In this document: positions 29,502 through 38,360 of the stretch, piece after piece | How positions within the stretch are numbered: the stretch's first letter is position 1 | Layout of the letters: each line of letters opens with the position of its first letter | Origin: Candidatus Hodarchaeaceae archaeon | Lineage (GTDB): Archaea > Hadarchaeota > Hadarchaeia > Hadarchaeales > Hadarchaeaceae | Length of the DNA stretch: 64,000 bases | Reading direction: 5' to 3' | Assembly: GCA_030018135.1 (NCBI GenBank) | Contig: JASEGJ010000003.1 | Span: forward strand, 1-64,000 | Notes under the pieces: generated by a model | Seen by the model: only the letters and a program-made list of their open reading frames with translations | Database searches by the model: none | What the model was told of the DNA's origin: nothing | Program-made: the position numbers and the translations under genes

Positions 29502-29735
29502 TTGAGAAAATTACTCGTTGAGCTAAGAGCGGGCGAGAGTGGCATCATTGCGGGCGTCACAGGCGGGTTTGGGTTGCAACGGCGTTTGGCAACTTTAGGG
29601 ATAAAAATCAACAAAAAAGTCCGAATGATCACTGCTCAACCGTTCAGGGGCCCTGTTGTCGTGGAAGTCGATGGGGCCCGTGTAGCAATCGGCATGGGAA
29701 TAGCTTGGAAGGTCCTTGTGGAGGTAACAAAGTGA
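29502..29735 (+). CDS. feoA: Ferrous iron transport protein A
   Basis: RRLATLGI, QPFRGPVVV.V.G.R.AIG.G.A.KV.VE. Confidence 0.93.
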   Translation: MRKLLVELRAGESGIIAGVTGGFGLQRRLATLGIKINKKVRMITAQPFRGPVVVEVDGARVAIGMGIAWKVLVEVTK

Positions 29736-31438
29736 GAATACTCCTCATGGGAAATCCAAACGTCGGTAAAAGTGTCGTTTTTTCAAGGCTGACAGGTACC
29801 AGCGTGGTCGTGTCCAATTACCCCGGTACCACAGTTGAGTTCACGAAAGGCACGATGAAGATTGGGGAAAAGAAAGCAGACGTAATCGACGTTCCGGGGA
29901 CCTATACCTTGGAGCCAACCACAAGGGCAGAAGAAGTCGCAGTTGAGATGCTTAAAGAAGGCGATGTGGTCATCGATATCGTCGACGCCACAAACTTGGA
30001 GAGAAACCTTTACTTAACGCTTCAGCTATTGGAAAAGAAAGTGCCTGTGATCGTGGCCCTCAACTTGTCGGACGAGGCCAAGCACAAAGGTATAACTATC
30101 GATGTCAAGAAACTCGAGAAATTATTAGACGTCCCAGTCGTTCCCACCGTTGCCATCACTGGAGAGGGGCTCAAAAAACTCGTTTCTCGCCTGCCTGAAG
30201 CCAAAGCACATGCTTACAGACACACCGACGAACAAAGATGGGAAAAAGTGGGCAAGATCGTTGAAGATGTCCAATCAGTAGCGCATCGACATCATACTTT
30301 GGCAGAAAGGCTAGGGGATGCAACCGTTAGGCCCTTAACTGGGATCCCAATTGCCATTGGAATAGTTACACTAATGTTCCTTGTGATACGATTCATCGGC
30401 GAGGGATTGATTGCCAATGTGTTTGATCCAGCGTTTGGGGCCTATGAACCCGTAGCGATGAGGATGAGCGAAGCATTAGGTTCTGGCGGCCTCCTCCATA
30501 ATATCGTAATCGGAAACCTGATCGATGGCGGGATAGACTTTACGCAGTCCATGGGCCTATTGACTACCGGGATTTTTGTCCCGTTCGCAATGGTTCTACC
30601 TTACGTGTTTGCGTTTTACTTGGTGCTGGGATTTCTCGAGGATAGCGGCTACTTACCAAGGCTAGGTGTACTTGTCGATAGTGGAATGCACAGGGTAGGG
30701 ATGCACGGCCTTGCGGTAGTGCCGATGTTGCTTGGCTTAGGGTGCAATGTCCCGGGAGCTCTTTCTTCCAGAATTCTCGAAACTCAAAGGCAAAGGTTCA
30801 TTGCCCTCACGCTCATGGGGATAGCAGTCCCATGCATGGCCCAGCTCGCCATAATCTTCGGGTTGGTAGGTCCCTATGGCATCGGAGCTCTGGCGATGGT
30901 CTTTGCAACACTTTTTGTGGTATGGGTGGTGATTGGGCTCTTGCTCAACAAGGTTTTGGCGGGCGAAAGTCCGGAGATGTTCACAGAAATTCCGCCTTAC
31001 CGCATGCCGTATTGGGGGGCAACATTGAAAAAGCTGTGGATGAGGATAAGGCACTTTTTGACCACGGCGATCCCCTTCGTGCTGCTGGGCGTACTTCTTG
31101 TGAATGTATTGTATACTTTGGGGATAATCGACTTCATGGGTGATATCGCATCCCCAGTTGTTGTTGGGTTGCTTGGGTTACCGCCGGCTGCGGCCGGAGC
31201 ATTGATAATAGGATTTCTGCGCAAAGATGTGGCTGTAGGGATGTTGCTGCCCCTCGGCCTGAGCATGCAACAGCTGGTAGTGGCCAGCGTGGTACTGGCG
31301 ATGTACTTCCCCTGTGTCGCAACCTTCGCCATCCTCTTCAAAGAGTTCGGGATAAAAGGCACGATAAAATCTACTTCAATTATGATCGGAATGGCGTTGC
31401 TAGTGGGGACTTTACTTAGACTTGTACTCGGTGTGTGA
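29732..31438 (+). CDS. feoB: Ferrous iron transport protein B
   Basis: [46 protein letters not shown]; GTG at 29732 overlaps the feoA stop. Confidence 0.96.
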   Translation: MRILLMGNPNVGKSVVFSRLTGTSVVVSNYPGTTVEFTKGTMKIGEKKADVIDVPGTYTLEPTTRAEEVAVEMLKEGDVVIDIVDATNLERNLYLTLQLLEKKVPVIVALNLSDEAKHKGITIDVKKLEKLLDVPVVPTVAITGEGLKKLVSRLPEAKAHAYRHTDEQRWEKVGKIVEDVQSVAHRHHTLAERLGDATVRPLTGIPIAIGIVTLMFLVIRFIGEGLIANVFDPAFGAYEPVAMRMSEALGSGGLLHNIVIGNLIDGGIDFTQSMGLLTTGIFVPFAMVLPYVFAFYLVLGFLEDSGYLPRLGVLVDSGMHRVGMHGLAVVPMLLGLGCNVPGALSSRILETQRQRFIALTLMGIAVPCMAQLAIIFGLVGPYGIGALAMVFATLFVVWVVIGLLLNKVLAGESPEMFTEIPPYRMPYWGATLKKLWMRIRHFLTTAIPFVLLGVLLVNVLYTLGIIDFMGDIASPVVVGLLGLPPAAAGALIIGFLRKDVAVGMLLPLGLSMQQLVVASVVLAMYFPCVATFAILFKEFGIKGTIKSTSIMIGMALLVGTLLRLVLGV

Positions 31439-31439
31439 G

Positions 31440-31868
31440 ATGCCATCGGTAAGTATCGACGAATATCTGGAAGTCCTGTGGACTCTACGGGTCGATAGAA
31501 ATCAGCCCGGAAAGATAAGGGATGTCGCAAAGTTATTAAAAATCGCGCCGCCAAGTGTGTTCCAAATGTTCGAAAAAATGAGAATGCAGGGGCTGATTAA
31601 ATATGACAAGCGCTCTGGGGCAGATTTCACACGAAAGGGAAAGAGGAGGGCCAGACATATTGTGAGAAGTCACAAGCTTGTGGAAAAACTCCTCGTTGAC
31701 ATCGTGGGCGTTAAACTCGGTGAGGTGGAACGTCCCGCTTGCGGCGCCGAGCATTATCTGCCAGAAGAAGTGGCTGATGCGATATGTATTTATTTGAAAC
31801 ATCCGCGCGAGTGTCCACACGGAGATCCGATTCCGAAGGGAAAATGTTGTCCTCAGAGGAAAGTTTGA
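31440..31868 (+). CDS. DtxR/MntR family metal-dependent transcriptional regulator
   Basis: DEYLE.L, IAPPSV..M, R.HKLVEKLL, AC..EH, P.ECPHG.PIP. Confidence 0.92.
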   Translation: MPSVSIDEYLEVLWTLRVDRNQPGKIRDVAKLLKIAPPSVFQMFEKMRMQGLIKYDKRSGADFTRKGKRRARHIVRSHKLVEKLLVDIVGVKLGEVERPACGAEHYLPEEVADAICIYLKHPRECPHGDPIPKGKCCPQRKV

Positions 31869-31937
31869 GGGCGCCGATATAGGACCATTGCACAAAAACC
31901 TATATTGGCACGAGTAATTCTCTTCTATGGGGTTAGC

Positions 31938-32285
31938 TTGTACCAATGGCGTCGCGGTCGGCGAGGGGGACCTGGAAGGCCGATGAAACCCAGGTTCTTG
32001 AGCTTCAGGCCCGAAGCGATAACGTTTATGCCATCCGCTCCAATAGGGCCACCAATCGCGGGCGAGCCGATCTACATGACTTATGACGAGTACGAGGCCT
32101 TTCGCCTGATTTATCACGAAGGGCTGAACCAGGAGGAGGCCGCCAAGCGGATGAAAATTTCGCGTGGGACGGTGTGGCGCTGCTTAGAGAGCGCGAGGAA
32201 TAAGGTTGCCTGCATGCTCGTCGAACGCCGCCCGCTCGTGGTCACGTCTGCACCTCCTCGACCTCCAGAGGAGACAGGCACTTGA
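31938..32285 (+). CDS. DUF134 family HTH protein
   Basis: GRP.K.R, F.P, DEYEAFRL....GL.QEEAA..M.ISRGT.WR.L..AR.K.A..LV; start uncertain (31905 or 31938). Confidence 0.9.
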   Translation: MYQWRRGRRGGPGRPMKPRFLSFRPEAITFMPSAPIGPPIAGEPIYMTYDEYEAFRLIYHEGLNQEEAAKRMKISRGTVWRCLESARNKVACMLVERRPLVVTSAPPRPPEETGT

Positions 32286-33121
32286 GCCAAGTCGATAGAA
32301 TACGGCTCACGGTTTTGGTTGACGATTCCAAGAACCCGATCAGACCCGAACTCACAGCCAAGCACGGGTTGTCCTTCTTCATCGAATTGAAAGCTGGCAG
32401 ACACACAACTAGTCTGTTGCTGGATACCGGGCCGTCCGCCGATGTTGTCCTACAAAACGCTCGGAAGCTCGACATCGATTTGAGGAAGGTGGATTCTATT
32501 TTCCTGAGCCACGGACATTACGACCATACCGGTGGGCTCTTGGGCGTCCTAAAACACATCGGCAAAAAGGTACCTGTGATAGCCCACCCAGAGGCGCTTG
32601 AGCCAAAATTTGCGAGGAGGAAGAAGCGTCTCAAAAAGGCCGGCATCCCTTTTCAAGTTTCAGAGTTGCAGAGATCGAGCGGCATCTTAACTCTAAAACG
32701 GGGGTCGACTTCCGTAGCGCCCGGAGTTTGGGTGAGCGGGGAAATCAAAAGAGTCAGCCCATTTGAAGAGGTAAAGGGGTTCAAGGTTATGAGGCGGGGC
32801 AAACTCGTAGAGGATTACATGCCGGATGATCAGGCTCTTTTCGTGAGGGTCAAGGGCAGGGGGCTGGTGGTCATCACGGGTTGCGCTCACGCGGGGTTGA
32901 TAAACACGATCAAGCAGGCGCAAAAGGTAACGGGTTCGAGCGGCGTGTATGCGGTCGTTGGTGGGTTTCACCTAGCTGGAGCAAGTGCGGGAAGGATAAA
33001 TGCAACCATTGAGGAGCTCCAGAAAGCTGGCGTGAAAGCTGTCATGCCATGTCACTGCACGGGAAAGAAGGCAATCACAAAGTTCTCGAAGGTCTTTGGA
33101 AAAAAAGTGCAACCAGCTTAG
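32282..33121 (+). CDS. MBL-fold metallohydrolase (COG1237-like); C-terminus possibly frameshifted
   Basis: HGLSF, LLDTG, LSHGHYDHTGG, DDQAL, ITGCAHAG, GGFHL, PCHCTG; A7 run near the 3' end. Confidence 0.9.
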   Translation: MSQVDRIRLTVLVDDSKNPIRPELTAKHGLSFFIELKAGRHTTSLLLDTGPSADVVLQNARKLDIDLRKVDSIFLSHGHYDHTGGLLGVLKHIGKKVPVIAHPEALEPKFARRKKRLKKAGIPFQVSELQRSSGILTLKRGSTSVAPGVWVSGEIKRVSPFEEVKGFKVMRRGKLVEDYMPDDQALFVRVKGRGLVVITGCAHAGLINTIKQAQKVTGSSGVYAVVGGFHLAGASAGRINATIEELQKAGVKAVMPCHCTGKKAITKFSKVFGKKVQPA

Positions 33122-33169
33122 AACAGGTAATGTAATCATTCTAAGCACCAAAAAGCTTTTATAGAATTA

Positions 33170-33183
33170 TGTGCAATAGCACA
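33170..33183. promoter_or_regulatory. Palindromic operator TGTGC-AATA-GCACA just downstream of BRE/TATA
   Basis: AAAAGCTTTTATAG (33151-33164) followed by the palindrome; related copies at 29420, 31881 and 38337. Confidence 0.6.
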
Positions 33184-33209
33184 AATAGTACAAATAGAGG
33201 TGGTAACGA

Positions 33210-33473
33210 ATGTGGTGGCCGGGTTTCGGCTGGGGTCGAGGCTGGTTTGGACCTTGGCCAGGCAGAGGGCCTTTTAGCTATCTGCCCCCATGGCAGAGAC
33301 CCGGGTGGTGGTTTGGTCGAGGAGCGTGCTGGTGGCTCTTCGGACCTTGGGCGTGGTCGATGTTCGGATACCCATGGAGTGGATACCTAGGAACCTACGG
33401 GTTTGCTCCGTACGCGATGCCACAGTACCCCTACCAAAGATACGTACCATACCCTTATCCGGGATACTGGTAA
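33210..33473 (+). CDS. Trp/Gly/Pro/Tyr-rich microprotein (DUF5320 N-terminal-like)
   Basis: GAGGTGG RBS; GPWPGRGPFSYLPPWQRPGW motif; 14 Trp and no Asp, Glu or Lys. Confidence 0.75.
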   Translation: MWWPGFGWGRGWFGPWPGRGPFSYLPPWQRPGWWFGRGACWWLFGPWAWSMFGYPWSGYLGTYGFAPYAMPQYPYQRYVPYPYPGYW

Positions 33474-33496
33474 ACAAACAAAAGGAGGTCAAAAGT

Positions 33497-33814
33497 ATGT
33501 GGTGGCCTAGAGGTTGGAGATGTTGGTGGTGGTATATGAATCCATACATGTACCCACCCTACCTACCATACGTGCAAGCGCCGCAGCAACCCTCGCAACC
33601 TGCGCCGCAACCCACGCAGCCCGCAACAGTACCTTACTACCCGCTCCCACCGTTCATGCCTCCTCCACCGACGCCCGAGCAAGAGATCGAAGCGCTGGAG
33701 GCATACAAAAGCGAGCTCGAAGAGGAACTCAAGGGCATCGAGGCGAGGATAAAAGAGTTGAGGGAGTCCCTAGGCAAAGGATCCAGCGGTCAACCATCTG
33801 AAACCGGAAAGTGA
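33497..33814 (+). CDS. DUF5320-like protein: Tyr/Pro/Gln-rich N-terminus plus C-terminal coiled coil
   Basis: GGAGG RBS, ATG at 33497 (MWWPRGW...), ends PEQEIEALEAYKSELEEELKGIEARIKEL. Confidence 0.8.
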   Translation: MWWPRGWRCWWWYMNPYMYPPYLPYVQAPQQPSQPAPQPTQPATVPYYPLPPFMPPPPTPEQEIEALEAYKSELEEELKGIEARIKELRESLGKGSSGQPSETGK

Positions 33815-33818
33815 TAAA

Positions 33819-34184
33819 TTGGGGCTTAAAGTGGCAGTTGCCACGAAGGGGCTCAAAAGCCTAGAGGATGAAGTATCAGATGTCTTCGGCAGAGCTCGAG
33901 CCTTTGCAATAGTCGAGACCGAGGGAGGTCAGATCAAGAACGCAAAAGCTGTGGAGAATCCCGCAGCTTCATACGAGTACGGAGCTGGACCGATAGTCAC
34001 AAAAATGCTCGCCGACATGGGAGTCGAGGTCGTGATCGCTGGCGAGTTCGGTATGGGGGTGTCAGTTCTCCTCAAGGATAAGAATATCCGTGCAGTCAAA
34101 GTTAGAGCTGGAACAAATGTCTGCCGGGCCGTGGATAGTGAATTAAGTGAGAAACAAACTTCGGAGCGATTGTCATGCGGGTAG
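33819..34184 (+). CDS. NifB/NifX family (COG1433) cluster-binding protein
   Basis: KVAVAT.G, VS.VFGRA..F.IV, ENP, GAG, GV.VVIAGEFG. Confidence 0.9.
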   Translation: MGLKVAVATKGLKSLEDEVSDVFGRARAFAIVETEGGQIKNAKAVENPAASYEYGAGPIVTKMLADMGVEVVIAGEFGMGVSVLLKDKNIRAVKVRAGTNVCRAVDSELSEKQTSERLSCG

Positions 34185-35053
34185 CCATCCCATCAAATAA
34201 GCCTGGCGGACTGGATGCTGCGGTCTCCCCCCATTTTGGTCGTTGTGATGTATTCACGATAGTTAAAATTGAAAATGGCAAGGTAGTGGATGTAAGCGTT
34301 GTTGAAAATCGAGGGACACATTTCGGCTTTGGAGCAACACCTGCGGAAATCTTGGTTTCGAACGGCGTAGATGCGGTATTAGCTCAGGGTATGGGACCTA
34401 AGGCCCTGCAGCTCTTGGCACAAAGCGGTATCACAACGTACATGGCCTCGGCTCAAACGGTTGGAGAGGCTGTGCGCGAGCTGGTCGAGGATAAGGTCAG
34501 GCTGGCTACAATCGAGGAAGCGTGCAAAGAAGCAAGAGAACCTTGGTTGCCTCCGGCCCCTATCATGCCCGGTGTGGGGATGGGGATGGGCCGTGGAATG
34601 GGAAGGGGGGGGAGAATGATGGGTCCCTCTCCTTATGGTCCCGCTTACCCACCGATGATCCCCCCAACGCCGTATCCTCCACAAATGCCGAAACCTTCTC
34701 CCCCACCAACAGGCCGCTTTAAAGTGGGCGTCGCAAGCCAGGGGCCAGGGGGACTCGACGACATGGTATCGCCGATCTTTGGCAGGTGCCCGAGCTTTAC
34801 CATCGTCGAGATCGAAGGGAGAGAAATTAAAAATGTAAAGGTGATACCGAATCAATTCGTTTCTACGCCTCGCGGTGTGGGAATCGCTGTGGTCCAGATG
34901 CTAGCAAGCGAAGGGGTGAAATTTATTTTGGCCGGACGATTTGGCCCTTGGGCATCCTCAACTTCTAGTCAATTCGATATCCAAATGGTCATGGTCCCGC
35001 CCGGCGTGAGGATTAGGGACGCTATCAACCAATACATCATCGGCTCACGCTAG
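34175..35053 (+). CDS. Tandem two-domain NifB/NifX family protein with Gly/Met/Pro-rich linker
   Basis: Two SPxFGRC domains joined by GMGMGRGMGRGGRMMG...PPTPYPPQMP. Confidence 0.9.
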   Translation: MRVAIPSNKPGGLDAAVSPHFGRCDVFTIVKIENGKVVDVSVVENRGTHFGFGATPAEILVSNGVDAVLAQGMGPKALQLLAQSGITTYMASAQTVGEAVRELVEDKVRLATIEEACKEAREPWLPPAPIMPGVGMGMGRGMGRGGRMMGPSPYGPAYPPMIPPTPYPPQMPKPSPPPTGRFKVGVASQGPGGLDDMVSPIFGRCPSFTIVEIEGREIKNVKVIPNQFVSTPRGVGIAVVQMLASEGVKFILAGRFGPWASSTSSQFDIQMVMVPPGVRIRDAINQYIIGSR

Positions 35054-35054
35054 G

Positions 35055-35960
35055 GTGCAGCGATTGAAGGAAATTGTGATCGCTAGTGGAAAGGGTGGAG
35101 TCGGTAAGACTACGGTCGCTGCATCGCTTGCAGTTTTTTTGGCCAAAGCCGGGACGAAAATCGTTGCAGCTGATGCAGATGTTGATGCACCGGATCTCTT
35201 GTTGGCGCTGGGTGGCGGAAAGACAATTTCCTCAACCGAGATCGAAGCTTCAGAAAAAGCGGTGGTCGACGGGTCGAAATGCACTGGATGTGGTAATTGC
35301 GTCAGCGCTTGCCCGTTCGGCGCGATTGTGGTGCAGAATCGTCGACCAACCGTTGTGCGGCTCATGTGTGAGGGTTGCGGCGTGTGCGAGGTTGTCTGCC
35401 CCGTCAACGCAGTTGAGGTGAAAAAGGCGGTGACGGGCACCCTGAAAATCGAGGATACTAAGTACGGATTCCCGTTGGTGACTGGGTACCTGAGGCTGGG
35501 CGAACACAATTCGGGGCACCTCGTAGCGAGCGTAAAAAAATCCGGGCGGAAGACGGCTGAGGATTTGGGGGCAAGGGCGCTCGTGGTCGACGCAGCGCCG
35601 GGTATAGGTTGCCCAGTGATCGCTTCGATCTCGGGAGCCAGCTATGTTATTGCTGTTACCGAGCCGACGCCTGCCGCCAAGCGGGACCTAGAACGCTTGG
35701 TCAAAATCATAAAACACTTCGGGGTCTCGGCGGGAGTGGTGATAAACAAGGCGAACCTCTCGGACGACTTCAGGGATGCGCTTGAGGACTGGGTAAAGCA
35801 TGTGCTAGGTTATCAAATTTTAGGCGAGATCCCCATCGACTACGAAGTTGTTAAAGCTCTGGTGAACATGGTGCCGGTCACTGAGTTTAATCCAAACGCT
35901 GAAGCATCGAAGATCTTGACTGCGATAGCCAAACGCGTGCGAGATGAGGTTTTACTATGA
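35055..35960 (+). CDS. MinD-like P-loop ATPase with inserted 2[4Fe-4S] ferredoxin (COG1149)
   Basis: SGKGGVGKT, DADVDAPD, CTGCGNC...CP, CEGCGVC...CP, DAAPGIGCP, VTEPT. Confidence 0.92.
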   Translation: MQRLKEIVIASGKGGVGKTTVAASLAVFLAKAGTKIVAADADVDAPDLLLALGGGKTISSTEIEASEKAVVDGSKCTGCGNCVSACPFGAIVVQNRRPTVVRLMCEGCGVCEVVCPVNAVEVKKAVTGTLKIEDTKYGFPLVTGYLRLGEHNSGHLVASVKKSGRKTAEDLGARALVVDAAPGIGCPVIASISGASYVIAVTEPTPAAKRDLERLVKIIKHFGVSAGVVINKANLSDDFRDALEDWVKHVLGYQILGEIPIDYEVVKALVNMVPVTEFNPNAEASKILTAIAKRVRDEVLL

Positions 35961-36910
35961 AACCCGGCGGGGAGGTGTCAGCGAAAGTGCTCAGGAAAAA
36001 GAGCGTGAGCGTGCCCATGATAGCAGTCACCGGCGGAAAGGGCGGCACGGGCAAAACCACGGTTGCGGTGAATTTGGCCGTGGGGTTGAGTTTGAAAGGC
36101 TCTAAGGTCATGCTGGTCGATGCCGACGTTGACTGCCCCTGTTGCGCGATGTTGCTCGGAACCGAACTGAATGCTAGCGAGGAAGTCAGAGTATTTAAGC
36201 CAGTGATCGATGCGGCGAAGTGCACTGGATGTGGAAGGTGTGTGGAAGTCTGTCGGGAACATGCATTGGTAGGGCTTGAGGGGCAAGTCCCATCACTTTT
36301 CGAAGAACTTTGCTCCGGGTGTAAAGCGTGTCAGCTCGTTTGCGAAGCCGGCGCCATGAAGAGCGGTCAGAAAGTTCTCGGTACCATCTACGTCGCAGAT
36401 TCAAATGGGATTAAACTGGTGGTGGGCGAACTCAAACCGACCGAGCCGAGGTCGCCGATCGTGGCGCGCGCGACCATGCTCAAAGCCGCTGAGGAGCTTA
36501 AGCTTGACAAACACGATATCGTAATCGTGGACACCGCTCCGGGGATTCATAACGTGGTGGCTCAAGCCCTTTGGGAAGCCGACCTAGCGCTGGCTGTGAC
36601 TGAGCCGACCCCACTCGGAGCTCACGATCTGGGATTCATGTTAGACCTCACCGAGGAACTGGGGTTGCCGACCGAGGTCATCCTGAACAAGGCCGACATC
36701 CCAAGCGGTTTGAAGGATAAGGTGGTGAAGACGAGCCGTGATCGGGGAGTTAAAATCGTTGCGGAGATACCGATGGACGAAGAGCTGTTGCGCTCCTACG
36801 TTTCGGGTGAGCCGCTCGTGAGAAAATCACCCAAGAGCCCAGCTGCAGCTGCAATGTTAACTCTGGTTCCGCACATTCGTGAAATGTTTGTAAAGGGAGG
36901 TGAAACCTGA
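35957..36910 (+). CDS. MinD-like P-loop ATPase with inserted 2[4Fe-4S] ferredoxin (COG1149), second paralog
   Basis: GGKGGTGKTT, DADVDCP, CTGCGRC...C, CSGCKAC...C, VTEPTPLG.HD; true start may be downstream (about 36017). Confidence 0.92.
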   Translation: MKPGGEVSAKVLRKKSVSVPMIAVTGGKGGTGKTTVAVNLAVGLSLKGSKVMLVDADVDCPCCAMLLGTELNASEEVRVFKPVIDAAKCTGCGRCVEVCREHALVGLEGQVPSLFEELCSGCKACQLVCEAGAMKSGQKVLGTIYVADSNGIKLVVGELKPTEPRSPIVARATMLKAAEELKLDKHDIVIVDTAPGIHNVVAQALWEADLALAVTEPTPLGAHDLGFMLDLTEELGLPTEVILNKADIPSGLKDKVVKTSRDRGVKIVAEIPMDEELLRSYVSGEPLVRKSPKSPAAAAMLTLVPHIREMFVKGGET

Positions 36911-37119
36911 TGGCGCAACCACCCACCCCACCACCGCTGCCAACTAAAAAGTTTCAATGTTTTGCCTGCGGGAACATCATAGAGGTGCCTCAGGGGATAC
37001 CCAAGCCACCAGCGTGCTCTAGGTGCGGCGCTCCGGCGGTAATGATTCATCGTGTTGACAAGGGGCCGCCGGGTGGAAGACGCGGCGCTGCGGGCCCACC
37101 TTGGGCTCAGCAAGGCTGA
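36910..37119 (+). CDS. Small Zn-ribbon/rubredoxin-like protein
   Basis: FQCFACG...EVP.G..KP..CSRCG; GGAGGTGA RBS; overlaps the upstream stop. Confidence 0.7.
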   Translation: MAQPPTPPPLPTKKFQCFACGNIIEVPQGIPKPPACSRCGAPAVMIHRVDKGPPGGRRGAAGPPWAQQG

Positions 37120-37204
37120 TTTAGTTGGGCCGTGGAACCAAAATCACTGAAAGAAGGGATAGATGTTTACGGCAAGGAGAAACTACAAAAATTGGTGAAT
37201 AAGA

Positions 37205-38053
37205 GTGAGGATCTATTTAGATTGCATCCCGTGCTTCGTGAGGCAGGCTTTGGAAGCGAGCAAGATGGCTACGAGGAACAAAAACAAACAAGAAAAAGTC
37301 TTGAAGAAAGTTTTATCTGAGATTGGGAAAACTTCGTTAAAAAACAAGATACCATCTGATATTGCTCATAAAGTTCACCGCATAATCAGAAAAATGACAG
37401 GGAATAACGATCCTTACAAGAAATTGAAAGACCAGTGCAACAGAAAAGCGCTGAGGATGTACCCGGACCTTAAACAAAAGGTCGCTGGGTCTAAAGATAG
37501 ATTGCTGACGGCGACAAAACTCGCCATAGCTGGAAACATTATCGATTTTGGGCCCGGTTCTGAGTTCAATCTGGAGAAAACAATAGAGGAAGTTCTAGTT
37601 CAGGATTTCGCTATAAATCATTTTAATCGGCTTAGGGAAGCGTTGCAAAAATCTGAAAAGATTGTATATTTAGGAGACAATGCAGGTGAGATAGTTTTCG
37701 ATCGGATTCTCTTGGAAGAATTGAAGGATAAAGAGATCACATTTGTGGTCAAAGGAGGGCCCATCATAAATGATGCAACGGTCGAAGATGCAAAATTCGC
37801 TGGCATAGACAAAATTGCTGAGATTAAAACAATAAGCAATGGGGAGCCTGGCACGGGGCCGAAGAGAAATTCAAAGGAATTTACAAATTTCTTAAAAAGC
37901 GCCGATGTCGTGATTAGCAAAGGGCAGGGAAACTATGAAGCCTTAAGCGAAGTGAACGCGAACATATTCTTCTTGCTCAAGGTGAAGTGCCCAACGATTG
38001 CTGGGGATATCGGAGTTAAAATTGGTGGTATCGTCGTAAAACAATCGTGTTAG
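37205..38053 (+). CDS. DUF89/ARMT1-like damage-control phosphatase
   Basis: DCIPC..RQ, DPY...K, AIAGNIIDFG, DNAGEIVFD, PIINDAT, KGQGNYE.LS. Confidence 0.92.
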   Translation: MRIYLDCIPCFVRQALEASKMATRNKNKQEKVLKKVLSEIGKTSLKNKIPSDIAHKVHRIIRKMTGNNDPYKKLKDQCNRKALRMYPDLKQKVAGSKDRLLTATKLAIAGNIIDFGPGSEFNLEKTIEEVLVQDFAINHFNRLREALQKSEKIVYLGDNAGEIVFDRILLEELKDKEITFVVKGGPIINDATVEDAKFAGIDKIAEIKTISNGEPGTGPKRNSKEFTNFLKSADVVISKGQGNYEALSEVNANIFFLLKVKCPTIAGDIGVKIGGIVVKQSC

Positions 38054-38073
38054 TTGGTTGAGGCGATCCCAAG

Positions 38074-38238
38074 ATGTCGGAGACCAAGCTCGTGAGCGCC
38101 TGCCTTTTTGGGGTCAACTGTAGTACGACGGTCAAAACAACTTTAACGAGAAAGACAAATGCTTGAAGGTCAGGCGGCAGCGCTCCGGCAGCAATTGGAT
38201 CAATCAAGAAGAGGCTTGAAGAGCTCAGCAAAATGTAG
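38074..38238 (+). pseudogene. Fusion scar: DUF523 (TudS-like) 5' fragment plus DUF5320-like coiled-coil 3' fragment
   Basis: MSETKLVSACLFGVNC/YDG (1-nt shift), then MLEGQAAALRQQLDQ/KKRLEELSKM* (1-nt shift). Confidence 0.6.
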
Positions 38239-38360
38239 GGCCCAATCGTCTTATCAATGAGTCCGACAACAGGGGTGAAAAAGTGCTACGATAAGTGTGT
38301 AGCCTCATCTTGAATCAGCTGGATACACATTTATTTTGTGCAATCGCCAGAAAAAAATGA

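Noticed and set aside
33290-33496. N-terminal extension of ORF 33290..33814
   Set aside because: Overlaps the Trp-rich gene in another frame; a strong RBS marks ATG 33497 as the start.
37132-37320. 62-aa ORF overlapping the DUF89 start
   Set aside because: Mostly overlaps a well-supported gene; at most a short gene remnant.
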